Positions 12,597 through 23,852 of a stretch of 34,556 nucleotides of DNA are shown one piece after another. The notes under the pieces are model-generated. The model did no database searches. It had not been told where the DNA came from and saw nothing but the letters and a program-made list of their open reading frames with translations. A program made the position numbers and the translations under genes. The stretch's first letter is position 1. Each line of letters opens with the position of its first letter. Source of the DNA: Tubiluchus corallicola (lineage: Eukaryota > Animalia > Priapulida); NCBI GenBank assembly GCA_030141605.1, contig JAQGDQ010001265.1:1-34556 (forward strand), given 5' to 3'.

Positions 12597-12964
12597 TGGT
12601 TGTGGAGATCGCTGGCATCTATTAGAATTAAATAGAACATTGTAGAATGTTCCATTAGAATAATCGTCTTACCTTGTAGAATGTTCTAGAAAGAAACGTC
12701 TAGAATGTTCCCTGGCACACTATATAAGACGAAGCAGGCCGCTGAGACACACACAGATTCACACGGACGCCACTTACACATTCTCTTGTATGCCTGTATT
12801 TTCAGATACACTCAAGCGTTTTCCAGATTTTCTCGTTTAGTGTAAACATTTCGCGTTCCTTCATACTTTTGTGTTGTAGAATTCTTGCTTAATAAACTAG
12901 TGTAATTTGACGAAGTGTTTTCTGGTTTTCTCTACGAGCCTTCCGAGAGAAACAAAACACAACA
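12597..12964 (+). mobile_element. Solo LTR (Gypsy/Ty3-like by 4-bp TSD)
   Basis: Ends TG(G)TTGTG...CACAACA, TSD GTAT on both sides, TATATAAG at 12721, AATAAA at 12891, repeated TAGAATGTTC in the U3-like part. Confidence 0.8.
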
Positions 12965-13159
12965 GTATTGGTAGGCTCTAGTTCATTTATATGGTTCTAA
13001 GCCTAATGGTTGAACTAACTCAAAGCTCGAGTCCATCGATATCTCTAGAAAATCTAAGGGCTTCCAATGGGATATTTTATAACTTCTCATTGGCATTGCA
13101 GCCATGTATGGCATAGCACTGGTATAATGACAGAATTTTTGCCTGATTATTAACTGTTT

Positions 13160-13463
13160 ACCCCACGGAAAAAACGTTGCAAATTCACACGAAGCCGATG
13201 ACGTCACAACCATGGCGATACACTTCGAAATCAGGATGGCAAAAAGTTGTCCGTTTCATAGCGAGAAATTTCGCTTCTTGCACCTTAACGCAGCCTTAAA
13301 TTCAACGAAAAGGTATGCGCATTTCACTTTTACCGTAAAAGTATTATTTTAAACCTTAATCTACAAAGTAGTTGCACTTCCCTTTTAACGTACGTGACGA
13401 GATCGAGCAATCTTGAACGAGTTTGTCAAACAGGAACTGCTAAAATATTTATTTCCGTGGGGT
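13160..13463. mobile_element. Possible MITE
   Basis: 12-bp terminal inverted repeat ACCCCACGGAAA / TTTCCGTGGGGT; no convincing TSD. Confidence 0.4.
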
Positions 13464-14065
13464 TTCGTGGAAAATGTATATACTTTCATTTTCCTGTAAA
13501 GGGTGCATTTTGTAATACACCACAGGCAGTTACGGAATGCAGCTTTTATATAAGTGTCATATAACTGTGCCACTCTAGTGGACAGGTGAAAGGTTACACA
13601 AAGCAATTGCGCAGCCTGCTTGAATATAAGTGTTATGCAAATACATGTAATTAATAATGACCACGTGAAAACTAGGTTAATAGTGTTTCTAACACAGCAC
13701 AAGTAATTGTTTGATCTGCTCATTACATAAACAATCATAAATTCACAATAGAGACAGGCGGAACAAAGCTGTCAGCATAGGGCGTTGTAAAGTGTTGATA
13801 CGCCCCTGTTCCTCATCACCACTGTCACTCATTGCCATAGCGGTTTTTAGTATATAGCAACTGCAGCGAATTAGAATAATTGCTCATGCAATATTTACTT
13901 CTGCTTTTCTATAAACTGCATACAATATGTGTAGTAGCATGTAAAGCAATATATAGACAAGTTGACAACTGAATGCTGAAGCGAGTGTTAAATATTTATC
14001 AGGAGTTGGAATTAAAACGTCATATCAAACATTTCTATTGCCACAGTTTCACAATAATATCAACG

Positions 14066-14375
14066 ATGGTTTGGTCAAGACTTGAAAGCGCATTTCTTCT
14101 CACTGTAAAGTGCGTCTGGTTAAGTTTAACAGTCGCAATTGTTAACAAAAGTACTTTTCAAAAAGTGCAGATAGACAAAAATATGACAGGGTTTATTTCT
14201 GAGACTAAATACGTTGTATCAGACCTGGAGTGTGCATTATCGTGTGTTAACAAACCAGGATGTATTGGTGTCAGTGTAGGTCCAAGTGATGACAGATTCT
14301 TGTGCGACGTGTGTGGTCCCGAAGCAAATGGTGTAGCTAGAACTTTAATGCCCAATTTTGATTTTTACGTGAGAG
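14066..14375 (+). CDS. Gene B exon 1: signal peptide + PAN/Apple-like domain
   Basis: MVWSRLESAFLLTVKCVWLSLTVA hydrophobic leader; SDLECALSCVNKPGCIGVSV......LC = PAN core C-x3-C-x5-C..C; ends FDFYVR then G|gtgagt donor. An upstream in-frame ATG at 13973 also exists. Confidence 0.78.
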
Positions 14376-15103
14376 GTGAGTTTTTGAGTATAGCGTACAT
14401 ATTTCACCATTACTCTGTAACGGAGCATTACACTATAATACAAGGTTGAGTGATTGTATGGCTGTTAGTCTAGTTTGTCTATTGTAAGTCGGTTTGTCGA
14501 TTTGTGGCTGCTTGGATTGCTGGTTTAGAAGATGACACCATTAGTTTACATTGCATTGACAGATTAACAAATTATTATCCAATGACCCTTATTGGAGTTA
14601 TAGGCAGAACAGTATAATTTTTCATATCCTATTTTGAAGCACACTAAAAAGTAAACGTTACAACACCTTTAATAATTTAAAGCATTGCTGATTATTAAAT
14701 AACAGGTTAAAAACTTAATTAATGGCGGGGGAGCCCAACTAGTGATGACATCACGACTTAAAATAATTTTCAACAACGAGCGTGTTGCATGTGAAAGTGG
14801 AGTTTGGCTACGGTGCAACTTTCTGTGTGATATGCAAAAACTCGTAAAATTTCAAGTTTAAAATTTACATTTCTATGCTGTGTTCACACATGAGCTGTCG
14901 ATCGTGTGCTCTACGTCACTATGAACACTTCTGAACTGAGAGGTACAGCACTTGTTTTTTGCGCAGCGCGTTTCCAAGATGCAGGTGCAAGCGCCAATCT
15001 AATTAGCTAATGGCGAAATGCATGTAACAGCGAAGAACTAGTCGTGTGAACGCAAAATTATGCATCTGTGATAATGAATCTTTTACGTAATTCATTCTTA
15101 GAA

Positions 15104-15264
15104 TGCGTTTCAAAGGCGAAATTACAGAAACATTTTGGGTATTACATGGCCAAAGAAAATTTCAAACAAAGATCTATATGAAAAACTAAAAGAAGAACCT
15201 TGGGCAAGAAAAATAAAAAGATGCCGTTTAAAATGGATTGGGCATATGCTTAGACTACCTGATG
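15104..15264 (+). mobile_element. RTE-type LINE fragment (duplicate of about 15630-15790)
   Basis: Encodes AFQRRNYRNILGITWPKKISNKDLYEKTKEEPW...KWIGHMLRLPD; near-identical to the downstream copy. Confidence 0.8.
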
Positions 15265-15491
15265 CTCTACCTTAGTTCTACCTAAGAATTCAGAAAAGTC
15301 ACAAAAGACAGTAAGACCAACCACAATTACAAATGACTAGCAAATATATGTGTGTGATACGTAGATTTGTGTTTGATTTAAGTCACAATAAGCCTTTTGA
15401 TAGTTTCATTGTGCGCATGTGCAGTTGCTGTAGATCAAAGATTAAGGGTACCACAGCAACGCATCTTAACTACAATCGTCACGTGACATGT

Positions 15492-15600
15492 TGTTGTGGA
15501 GATCCACTAGAATGTTCTATAAGATAGTAGAACGATCTTCTTACCTTGTAGAAGATTCTAGAACTTTCTATACGCGATGCGCGTAGTAGTTTCTAGATTA
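15492..15600 (+). mobile_element. Truncated LTR 5' end related to the 12597 solo LTR
   Basis: TGTTGTGGAGATC...tagaatgttc...tcttaccttgtagaa shared with 12597-12690. Confidence 0.6.
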
Positions 15601-15621
15601 TTAAAAGCAAATCATAAACTG

Positions 15622-16022
15622 AAATCGATGCGTTTCAAAGGTGAAATTACAGAAACATTTTGGGTATTAGATGGCCAAAGAAAATTTCAAACAAAGATCT
15701 ATATGAAGAAATAAAAGAAGAACCTTGGACAAGAAAAATAAAAAGACGCCGTTTAAGATGGATTGGGCATATGCTTAGACTACCTGATGATATTCCAGTG
15801 AAGATAGCTCTTCAACAAACCATAGAAACCAGCTAAAAAACCTGCAGGAGGACAAATGTTAACATACTTAGATTTTGCACAGAAATATTTAAACACTTCA
15901 GCATTGATCCTTAGGAATAAATCCACTTGGGGCATTGCGGCGAGCAGGGAGTCCTGGCATAGGGAGGTGAGCAGAATCATGTCACTGGACGTGTGATTCA
16001 TTGGATGATGATGATGGTGATG
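15622..16022 (+). mobile_element. RTE-type LINE 3' end with (GAT)n tail
   Basis: IDAFQR*NYRNILGIRWPKKISNKDLY...RRRLRWIGHMLRLPDDIPVKIAL, typical RTE ORF C-terminus; internal stop and frameshift; GATGATGAT tail. Confidence 0.85.
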
Positions 16023-16385
16023 ATTCTTAGAAATATAAAATGTTCCCATTTCAATATTTTATAGAGCAAACTGTTTAGTTTGACCTATAGTTTAAGAAGA
16101 GGGTACGGTTTCCTTTAAATGTTAATATTATAATGTTATTGTCTCAAGCATCGATTTTTGCTTTGAGTTTGATGGCCGAGTGTTTAACAAAAAAGTTGAG
16201 TTGATAATGCAACGTGCAACATGCAACATGCAACGGGCAACAAAAATGCGAATATTAAATTGTCATGGTGTGAAGGGATAATATCATATAATATCAGCCA
16301 TAATGTAATAAATTAATAATGCAGCAGATTACAAAAATACGAACAGCGAACCAAACGTTAAATTATTATTGAGTGAATGGGCAAT

Positions 16386-16722
16386 AGTTTAGTTTAGTTT
16401 GGTTTGGTTTAGTTTTAGTTTAGTTTAGTTTAGTTTAGTTTAGTTTAGTTTAGTTTAGTTTAGTTTAGTTTAGTTTAGTTTAGTTTAGTTTAGTTTAGTT
16501 TAGTTTAGTTTAGTTTAGTTTAGTTTAGTTTAGTTTAGTTTAGTTTAGTTTAGTTTAGTTTAGTTTAGTTTAGTTTAGTTTAGTTTAGTTTAGTTTAGTT
16601 TAGTTTAGTTTAGTTTAGTTTAGTTTAGTTTAGTTTACTTTAGTTTACTTTAGTTTACTTTAGTTTACTTTAGTTTACTTTAGTTTACTTTAGTTTAGTT
16701 TACTTTAGTTTAGTTTAGTTTA
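16386..16722. repeat. (TTAGT)n pentanucleotide microsatellite
   Basis: Direct reading. Confidence 0.97.
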
Positions 16723-16806
16723 CCATAAATACCATAAATAATATAATGTAATATCAGCCATAATGTAATAAATTAATGATTCTGCTCAATTTGCTTGTTT
16801 TTGCAG

Positions 16807-16868
16807 CAAATGTTGATGATCCAAGCGATAGTTGGATTTATGTCTATGATGAGAAATGGAAGGCTAAT
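16807..16868 (+). CDS. Gene B exon 2, linker (ANVDDPSDSWIYVYDEKWKAN)
   Basis: tttttgcag acceptor, gtaagt donor; homologous to 835-890. Confidence 0.78.
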
Positions 16869-17056
16869 GTAAGTACCAGCGTTTGTTTGTTATTCTGCAA
16901 GCTTCTGTTTGCAAGTTGCCAACGTACAGATAAACTAGCAATTTATGATATTAGTAAAGGTTAACATTTTTGTGCTTTGCCGAGAGAGTTCCACATTTAT
17001 GACAGAGGTTTTGCTGGAATTAAAATTCATGTGACTAAAATGACAAAAAGCATATG

Positions 17057-17270
17057 TACAGGGTGGATACAAAAAAGTAAGCACTCTTTCAAATTATGAA
17101 AGCCGGGAGTTGATATCTAATTTGTATATGAATTTGATAGGGCAAAATAGAAACGTCTTAGCTGTCAGCGCTAATCTTTTCAAAGAAAGTCCAGACAGTA
17201 AACATTTCACGCTTGATATTCTTTGCTATTCAAAAATAAAAAAACTTATATATTAGTATATTGATATGCT
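17057..17270 (+). mobile_element. Tc1/mariner-like terminal fragment (TA-CAGGGTG start); second diverged copy at about 17642-17850
   Basis: catatgTACAGGGTG begins both copies; shared downstream tagaaac.tcttagc, aagaaagtcc, agtaaa.catt; no right end seen. Confidence 0.45.
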
Positions 17271-17284
17271 AACTAAATATAATT

Positions 17285-17560
17285 ATTATATTGTGTACTT
17301 TAATAAGAGCGATACACGAATACGCGCGGCCAGTATGGCATTTTTTTAACATTAGAACAAACAAAATGGTTAGATTCAATCCAAAAACGTATTTTAAAAA
17401 CATTTTTCCCGTGGACACTTTACGTAAATGTTTTTGCAGCTGTGAAACATTGAATATTTATCTGCACGTAGAAATGATTTTTTGCCCAATTTTTTTAAGT
17501 CAATGCAAATTCAAGATAACAGACTTCATTATTTGTTACCTAAAAGTCTCGTAAGCATAA
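17285..17560 (+). mobile_element. Decayed CR1/L2-group LINE ORF2 C-terminal fragment
   Basis: Frameshifted YYCTLIRAIHEYARPVWH...LDSIQKRILKTFFP resembles the LY..LIR..LEYA.PVW...LE.IQKR motif downstream of LINE RT. Confidence 0.6.
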
Positions 17561-18806
17561 TCTTCGTAAGCAGCTGATGTTTACGTTTTTGTGCGTGGGC
17601 GAGAGCGTACAGCCTTTAATGAAAGAGGTAGTTAACATATGTACAGGGTGAACACAGAAGAGTTAGCCCTCTTATAATGCTGTATGTCGAAGGTTTGTTT
17701 AGAAATTTTATAGAATGAACTAGAAACATCTTAGCACTCGTCCACTGATTTTTGCTAAGAAAGTCCGAAAAGTAAAACATTCCATGCTTGTTGTCGTCAA
17801 ATACATAAAAATGAAAAAGTTCTAGTCATATTAGTATGATTGTCATGGTGCCAATCAATATTGAATTGATGTAGGTAGGACTGTGTTGTCAGTAAAGTAA
17901 AATAATTGCTGTTTCTGATGAGTTAGAGTCTTTTTATGATAGTGGTTATAGCTGCTTGCTGGTTATTGTTGTTTACTGTGTGGGTGGCTCGTGAAGATTG
18001 CATGTAGAACAGCCACGATGGGCATGGCAAACTATCAATACTTTATTTAATAAACTACACATTTATTAAATATCAAACACAACACGGCAAACATAAGAGG
18101 ATAGTAATGCCAGCCCTTCGTCTTCAAGTCAGTTCCTAATCTTCCCCGAGGCCTCAAAACACTTGTCTAACTACCTAATGCGCCATGTGCTTCTGCGCAT
18201 TAGGATTATGTCATCAATCTTTACTGCTGAGTCAGCCGGTCGAACATCAGCTGATCACGTGTTATGCCACACGCAGCTGGGCTTCTAGCCACGACGATGA
18301 TTTACTCTTGCATCGTCAAGCATTTAATCATGAGTAATTAATTTAATAATTTAATCACAAGTTTAATCAAAATCACTATTTAAAACAACTTCCCTTTACT
18401 GGTAAAGCTGTTGATCAATTCAGACTTTGATTGAGAAAAGTAGCTAAAGTATTAGGAAGACATACCGAACACGTTAAATTTTTAAAACAAGTAAATACAA
18501 AGCCTAAATTTTGTTTCTTTGGCAATTTAAACTTTTTTTATTACGTTAAATATGTTTAACTATGTTTAACTATTTTAACTATGTTAACTATTTTAACTAC
18601 GTTAAAATATCAAAATTTTGCTTTCTTCCTTAAAACTTGTTGCTATTCATTATAGATTCATCTAGTTTCAAGACAAAGAGTTTTATTCCAACGCCAAGAG
18701 AAATAAAATTTCATGAATTTAAGAGGGGCTTAGTTTTTTCTCTTCTCCTGATAATTCTATTACGGACTATACAGGAAGTTTTTAATAACGTTTTCTATAC
18801 TTGTAG

Positions 18807-18937
18807 AGGCCTATGTACCTAATTCCACTTTTGAGTGACCTTGACATCTTGTTCCGTCAAGAAATCTATGGTGGCGGAAAAGTGAATTCAACGTTTTACA
18901 TAGAAGGCAGATTGTTTGACCATGTGAGACCAGAAGG
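18807..18937 (+). CDS. Gene B exon 3, galectin-domain N-part (RPMYLIPLLSDLDILFRQEIYGGGKVNSTFYIEGRLFDHVRPEG)
   Basis: cttgtag acceptor, gtaggc donor; EIYG and TFYIEGR shared with 1902-2023. Confidence 0.85.
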
Positions 18938-19379
18938 GTAGGCATCTCTGTTTACTATCACTATTACGCAAATCACTTCTGTAATTGACCAGTTATTTGA
19001 CATTATTTGAGTTTTAGTTTTGCCTGCAAACCACCTTTAGTTACATTTTCATGATATTGTAAATAATAATCAGCTATATACGTGACAAACGCGCTTTTAA
19101 TAGCTTTTGTTTTTTCTAACAAAAATGTATAAATTAATCGTGTTAGATATGAAATTCCTAACTCATTAAAACTGTGTAGACATTCAGTTACAAGAAACAG
19201 AACTTTTGACATTTGAACAACATGTCTTTTGAACAGTAAAAGGAAAGGCAAAGCCTTCTGGGAAGAAAAGTAGCTCACTGTTAATTTTCGTCAAAAATAT
19301 AATAAGTTTTTACGAAAAATTGGATGGCTAATTTTGTTATATTCTTCTATGAACATTATGTAAGCTAGAAGTATGAGAA

Positions 19380-19960
19380 TTAGTTTAAGCAGCCCGAGCT
19401 TACGAAAAACACACGATGCACTTACGAAAAGTCACAAAGTCCACCAGTTACGTCATAATTTTCAGGTGAATGGCAGATAATAGTGCGCCTGAAAAATTCA
19501 TTACAGTAATTACATAAATTCACTTTATGCTTTTGTGGACCGTTTTTTGTAAATTACTTTCTTATATTTCCTAGGTAAATAAAATAATAAAATAAAATTA
19601 AAATAAAACATGATAAATGACTTGTCTTTAATAATTGTTTTTCCTTTAATAATAATGGGTAGTCAGGTTTATTTCAATGCTCTGGACAAATGTTGGAAAG
19701 TTTTAATAATAAAATAGTGACAAGCGCCTCGCGAAATTACTTTAAATTTACAACCTCTTCACTCTTAAGCACTTCCATTTTTCAACCAATGACGTTCACC
19801 GGTTACGTCATAATTTTCAAGTGAATGGCGGCTACACCTCACTAGAAAAATTCTTGTACTAGTAGTAGTACAAACGAACTCTATGCTTTATAGACAGTTT
19901 TTTTGGTAATTTCTGTGTTATATTTTCTAAGTGAAATAGTAAGAGTAAAATAAACACAAC
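19380..19960 (+). repeat. Two diverged tandem copies of an interspersed repeat, third copy near 28080-28240
   Basis: cacc(a/g)gttacgtcataattttca(g/a)gtgaatggc at about 19442 and 19797; gttcaccagttgcatcataatcttcaagtga at about 28120. Confidence 0.55.
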
Positions 19961-19990
19961 ATATTAAACTCCTCTTTTTGACTAGCATTC

Positions 19991-22098
19991 TTCTCGCAGC
20001 GTTTTTAATGCTCAGTGAAAATAAATATCACTCCCTAAAACGTTCCAGTGTTTTCACTTGCAACTTTCTCGCTGCATTTTTAATGCTCAGTGAAAATAAA
20101 TATCACTCCCTAAAACGTTCCAGTGTTTTCGTTTGCAGCTTTTCGCTGCATTTTTAATGCTCAGTGAAAATAAATATCGCTCCCTAAAACGTTCCAGTGT
20201 TTTCACTTGTAACTTTCTTGCTGCATTTTTAATGCTCAGTGAAAATAAATTTCGCTCCCTAAAACGTTCCAGTGTTTTCACTTGCAACTTTCTCGCTGCA
20301 TTTTTAATGCTCAGTGAAAATAAACATCGCTCCCTAAAACTTTCCAGTGTTTTCACTTGCACTTTCTCGCTGCATTTTTAATGCTCAGTGAAAATAAATA
20401 TCACTCCCTAAAACGTTCCAGTGTTTTCACTTGCAAATATCGCTCCCTGAAACGTTCTAGTGTTTTCCCTTTGTAACTTTCTCGCTGCATTTTTAATGCT
20501 CAGTGAAAATAAATATCGCTCCCTGATATTTCAGTTAGCGANNNNNNNNNNNNNNNNNNNNNNNNNNNNNNNNNNNNNNNNNNNNNNNNNNNNNNNNNNN
20601 NNNNNNNNNNNNNNNNNNNNNNNNNNNNNNNNNNNNNNNNNNNNNNNNNNNNNNNNNNNNNNNNNNNNNNNNNNNNNNNNNNNNNNNNNNNNNNNNNNNN
20701 NNNNNNNNNNNNNNNNNNNNNNNNNNNNNNNNNNNNNNNNNNNNNNNNNNNNNNNNNNNNNNNNNNNNNNNNNNNNNNNNNNNNNNNNNNNNNNNNNNNN
20801 NNNNNNNNNNNNNNNNNNNNNNNNNNNNNNNNNNNNNNNNNNNNNNNNNNNNNNNNNNNNNNNNNNNNNNNNNNNNNNNNNNNNNNNNNNNNNNNNNNNN
20901 NNNNNNNNNNNNNNNNNNNNNNNNNNNNNNNNNNNNNNNNNNNNNNNNNNNNNNNNNNNNNATACTCAGTGAAAATAAATATCACTCCCTAAAACGTTCC
21001 AGTGTTTTCACTTGCAAATATCGCTCCCTGAAACGTTCTAGTGTTTTCCCTTTGTAACTTTCTCACTGCATTTTCAATGCTCAGTGAAAATAAATATCGC
21101 TCCCTGAAACGTTCTAGTGTTTTCCCTTTGCAACTTTCTCGCTGCATTTTTAATGCTCAGTGAAAATAAATATCACTCCCTAAAACGTTCCAGTGTTTTC
21201 ACTTGCAAATAAGGCTCCCTGAAACATTCTAGTGTTTTCAGTTGCAACTTTCTCGCTGCATTTTTAATGCTCAGTGAAAATAAACATCGCTCCCTAAAAC
21301 GTTCCAGTGTTTTCGTTTGCAACTTTCTCGCTGCATTTTTAATGCTCAGTGAAAATAAATATCGCTCCTTAAAACGTTCCAGTGTTTTCACTTGCAACTT
21401 TCTCGCTGCATTTTCAATGCTCAGTGAAAATAAATATCGCTCCCTAAAACGCTCCAGTGTTTTCACTTGCAACTTTCTCGCAGCATTTTAAATGCTCAGT
21501 GAAAATAAACATCGCTACCTAAAACGTTCCAGTGTTTTCACTTGCAACTTTCTCGCTGCATTTTGAATGCTCAGTGAAAATAAATATCGCTCCCTAAAAC
21601 GTTCCAGTGTTTTCACTTGAAACTTTCTCGCAGCATTTTTAATGCTCAGTGAAAATAAACATCACTCCCTAAAACGTTCCAGTGTTTTCACTTGTAACTT
21701 TCTCGCTGCATTTTGAATGCTCAGTGAAAATAAATATCGCTTACTGAAACGTTCCAGTGTTTTCACTTGCAACTTTCTCGCAGCATTTTTAATGCTCAGT
21801 GAAAATAAAGATCACTCCCTAAAACGCTCCAGTGTTTTCACTTGCAACTTTCTCGCTGCATTTTCAATGCTCAGTGAAAATAAACATCGCTCCCTAAAAC
21901 GTTCCAGTGTTTTCACTTGCAACTTTCTCGCTGCATTTTTAATGCTCAGTGAAAATAAACATCGCTCCCTAAAACGTTCCAGTGTTTTCACTTGCAACTT
22001 TCTCGCTGCATTTTTAATGCTCATTGAAAATAAATATCGCTCCCTAAAACGTTCCAGTGCTTTCACTTGCAAATATCGCTCCCTAAAACGTTCCAGTG
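19991..22098 (+). repeat. 75-bp satellite in intron 3 of gene B, interrupted by assembly gap
   Basis: Unit ttctcgctgcatttttaatgctcagtgaaaataaatatcgctccctaaaacgttccagtgttttcacttgcaact; some internally deleted units. Confidence 0.95.
20542..20961. other. Assembly gap (420 N)
   Basis: Run of N inside the satellite. Confidence 1.
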
Positions 22099-23032
22099 CA
22101 TGTAAGTGGTATAAAATTTCAAGACGCATCTTTAAGCTTTATGTAAGTTGAGGGTTTTCTTGTGCTTTAAAGGTTTGCATGTAAGAAAGTTATATTCAAT
22201 TTGAGCAAGCATGTAATGGGTATCTCAACTGTGTGCTTAAGTAGATCTAATAGTTTTTAAGCCTCTTCAACTTTGTGTCCAGCACCAACGGCTGTATTTA
22301 CTTTCCGTAATTGTTTGTGGCTGGACGGGAACCTAGTAATTATTAAGGATAAATCCCTGAAGTTAGACCTTGCAGATGAAGTGACTTCACAACACATTAA
22401 AAAAACTTTTCATAAATAAAGCATAAAAACGTTGTCTTAAAATTTTATATCACTTACATGCTGTCGTATTGCATACAGGGCTTGCTGTAACAGTAATGTG
22501 TAAAAAAATTGTAAGTTTAAACTTCCGTGATGACATTAGGTGCAGCCATTTTAAAGGTAAATTGTTTGAAACAATTTTAGATAACATCACGTAAAGTATG
22601 AATTAATAATCAAAGCAGTCGTCATGCACACATGTTTAACTAAAGTCTAAATTGCTTTGTCTTGTCAACAAGATTAATAATTTGTTTTTGGTTAGTTAAT
22701 GGCATTTTACAAGTTAGTGGGAACATTTTAAATTACTAAGAATTTTCTTTTTTAGTTACAAAAGTCTTTCAAGGAGGTAAGCGTAATGCAAAGTAGTATA
22801 AATTTGTATGGAAAGTTTTGAGCGATACTTAAAAAAATTCCATTTCTTCTTCTTTAACATCTCCCAGCCAGGGGCGGTATGGCAGGTAGCAAACTGAGAT
22901 CAGTGATCATCAACCCATCTTCTGAGTAGGTTTGGTGTTGCATAAGCGATTGCTAAGCAAACACACCAGCTATTTCAGTTGCTACAGCGTATTGTATGAA
23001 TTATATTTAATCCGGTTACTTTGTTCTTTTAG

Positions 23033-23224
23033 ACTTATGTTTCGTCTTCAAGTTGGCAGTGTAGCATCTGACAACATTGCATTACACATCAGTCCTAAAT
23101 TCGCTTTGAACTACACATTACTTGGCGGCACAGTGGATTCAACTTGGGTTGGTGTAGAGCATGCACCCCTTATGTTAGAAGAAGGACAAGAATTTGTCCT
23201 GGAAATCGACATGTTGGAAGATAA
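23033..23224 (+). CDS. Gene B exon 4, galectin W exon (LMFRLQVGSVASDNIALHISPKFALNYTLLGGTVDSTWVGVEHAPLMLEEGQEFVLEIDMLEDK)
   Basis: ttcttttag acceptor, gtacgt donor; DNIALHISPKF...W...GQEF.LEI galectin pattern; homologous to 3906-4100. Confidence 0.85.
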
Positions 23225-23716
23225 GTACGTCAGTCAATGAGTTAGCAATTAGAAGTTTCTTTTAACCTCTGAAAACCTTTTAAGCTACCTTTTAACCTCT
23301 GAAAAGCTTACACGCCATGCACCCTTAAACGACTTGTTTAGACTGCTTTCAAAATTAAAAGGGTCATTAGTTTAGAATCCGTTTGGGAGGTGCTTTGGGG
23401 TGTGTCATGCGGCTGTGAATGCATTGCAGGGTCAAAATATACACGGATTTAGACACTGGGTGTCGAAAATTTACTGATATGAAATTTAAAACGAATGTCT
23501 TGGAGTGCTAGATGGCAAATGGTAGTAAATAAAAGAAGTCAGCTACATAAGGTGCCTGACTTATGCTGAAATATGTACACCTTGATTCTAGTGAGTGGTT
23601 TCAGCAAGTATATGTCACAGCTGCAAAATGCCAAATCGTTTATCCTAACTCCATCAGCAGCAGTATGTATTAGTATTACTAATGAATATGTAGTGATCAG
23701 CTTCTGTTTATTTCAG

Positions 23717-23852
23717 GTTTTCTATCCGTGCTAATGGAAACCACTTAGGAGATAAACCATACAGTTACACTCCTATTTCTGACATAAATTACGTAGCGAT
23801 AGCCCGTGATCTGGAACTCTATAAGTATATCCAATATGGTCCACCTATGTAA
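23717..23852 (+). CDS. Gene B terminal exon (FSIRANGNHLGDKPYSYTPISDINYVAIARDLELYKYIQYGPPM*)
   Basis: atttcag acceptor; same length as 5228-5363 and 20/44 identical residues. Confidence 0.85.

Larger units (their letters stand above)
14066..23852 (+). other. Gene model B (complete): secreted PAN/Apple + galectin-like protein, about 276 aa; exons 14066-14375, 16807-16868, 18807-18937, 23033-23224, 23717-23852
   Basis: Five exons with canonical splice sites join in one open frame (phases 1,0,2,2) from ATG 14066 to TAA 23850-23852. The exon 1-exon 2 join is inferred from phase compatibility only. Confidence 0.78.

Noticed and set aside
13973-14065. Upstream in-frame ATG extending gene B by 31 aa
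   Set aside because: Would bury the signal peptide; ATG 14066 (acgATGg) has better context. Not excluded without 5' data.
16386-16722. Telomere-like repeat
   Set aside because: Unit is TTAGT, not TTAGG/TTAGGG; treated as an ordinary microsatellite.
18011-18294. Segment flanked by AGCCACGA direct repeats, possible insertion
   Set aside because: No convincing TIRs or LTR termini could be defined.
20087-22151. 25-aa repeat ORFs on both strands and X-filled ORFs
   Set aside because: Derived from the 75-bp satellite and the N gap; no splice or homology support.
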